Source: a virus
Lineage: Duplodnaviria; Caudoviricetes
Virus record (IMG/VR): IMGVR_UViG_2513237213_000004
Coordinates: 9,381-73,380 of that record
Reading direction: 5' to 3' (one strand)
DNA length: 64,000 nucleotides
The notes under the pieces are model-generated. The model was not told where the DNA came from and made no database searches. It saw nothing but the letters and a program-made list of their open reading frames with translations. Below, in pieces: positions 63,982 through 64,000 of this stretch (positions within the stretch are counted from its first letter, which is position 1; every line of letters starts with the position of its first letter). The position numbers were made by a program, and so were the translations under genes.

Positions 63982-64000
63982 ATGAAGGGGAGGAATACCA

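Noticed and set aside
1-64000. Stop-codon reassignment (alternative genetic code)
   Set aside because: All hallmark genes are full length under the standard bacterial code, and TAG, TGA and TAA are all used as stops.

Overview
The whole window is one tailed-phage (siphovirus-type) genome segment from a temperate phage of an anaerobic Firmicute. A Negativicutes host is a weak inference from the moron types. Layout: (i) 1-31.2 kb, minus strand: late operon, read leftwards as terS, Bro-N/HNH, terL, portal, protease/scaffold, major capsid, head-tail genes, major tail, G/GT chaperones with a -1 frameshift, tape measure, lambda M/K/L/J-like tail tip, and a >1390-aa beta-helix tailspike. The tailspike runs off the left edge and is absent from the ORF track. 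Morons and an Fst-like type I toxin-antitoxin locus interrupt this operon. (ii) 31.2-33.6 kb: non-coding, with a promoter-driven structured RNA, a degenerate tRNA and repeats. (iii) 33.7-44.9 kb, plus strand: about 30 small early genes and a short tyrosine recombinase. (iv) 45-61.3 kb, minus strand: sigma-like regulator, dUTPase, ThyX-like protein, class II RNR, RusA, HNH-AP2, Cas4-like nuclease, primase-helicase and SSB. (v) ImmR/ImmA-like immunity pair. (vi) 62.7-64 kb: non-coding, with a second long structured RNA, a counter-transcribed small RNA, two perfect DnaA boxes and a promoter embedded in an octamer array. The most novel signals are non-coding. Two long structured transcription units (31.4-32.15 kb and 62.8-63.75 kb) share a 15-nt core with a compensatory base-pair swap and sit ahead of the two long leftward gene blocks. 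Six dispersed 8-bp-period pseudo-palindromic arrays, together with the DnaA boxes, antisense RNA and Xer-sized recombinase, suggest a plasmid-like prophage state. No database searches were run; family calls rest on motifs read by eye.
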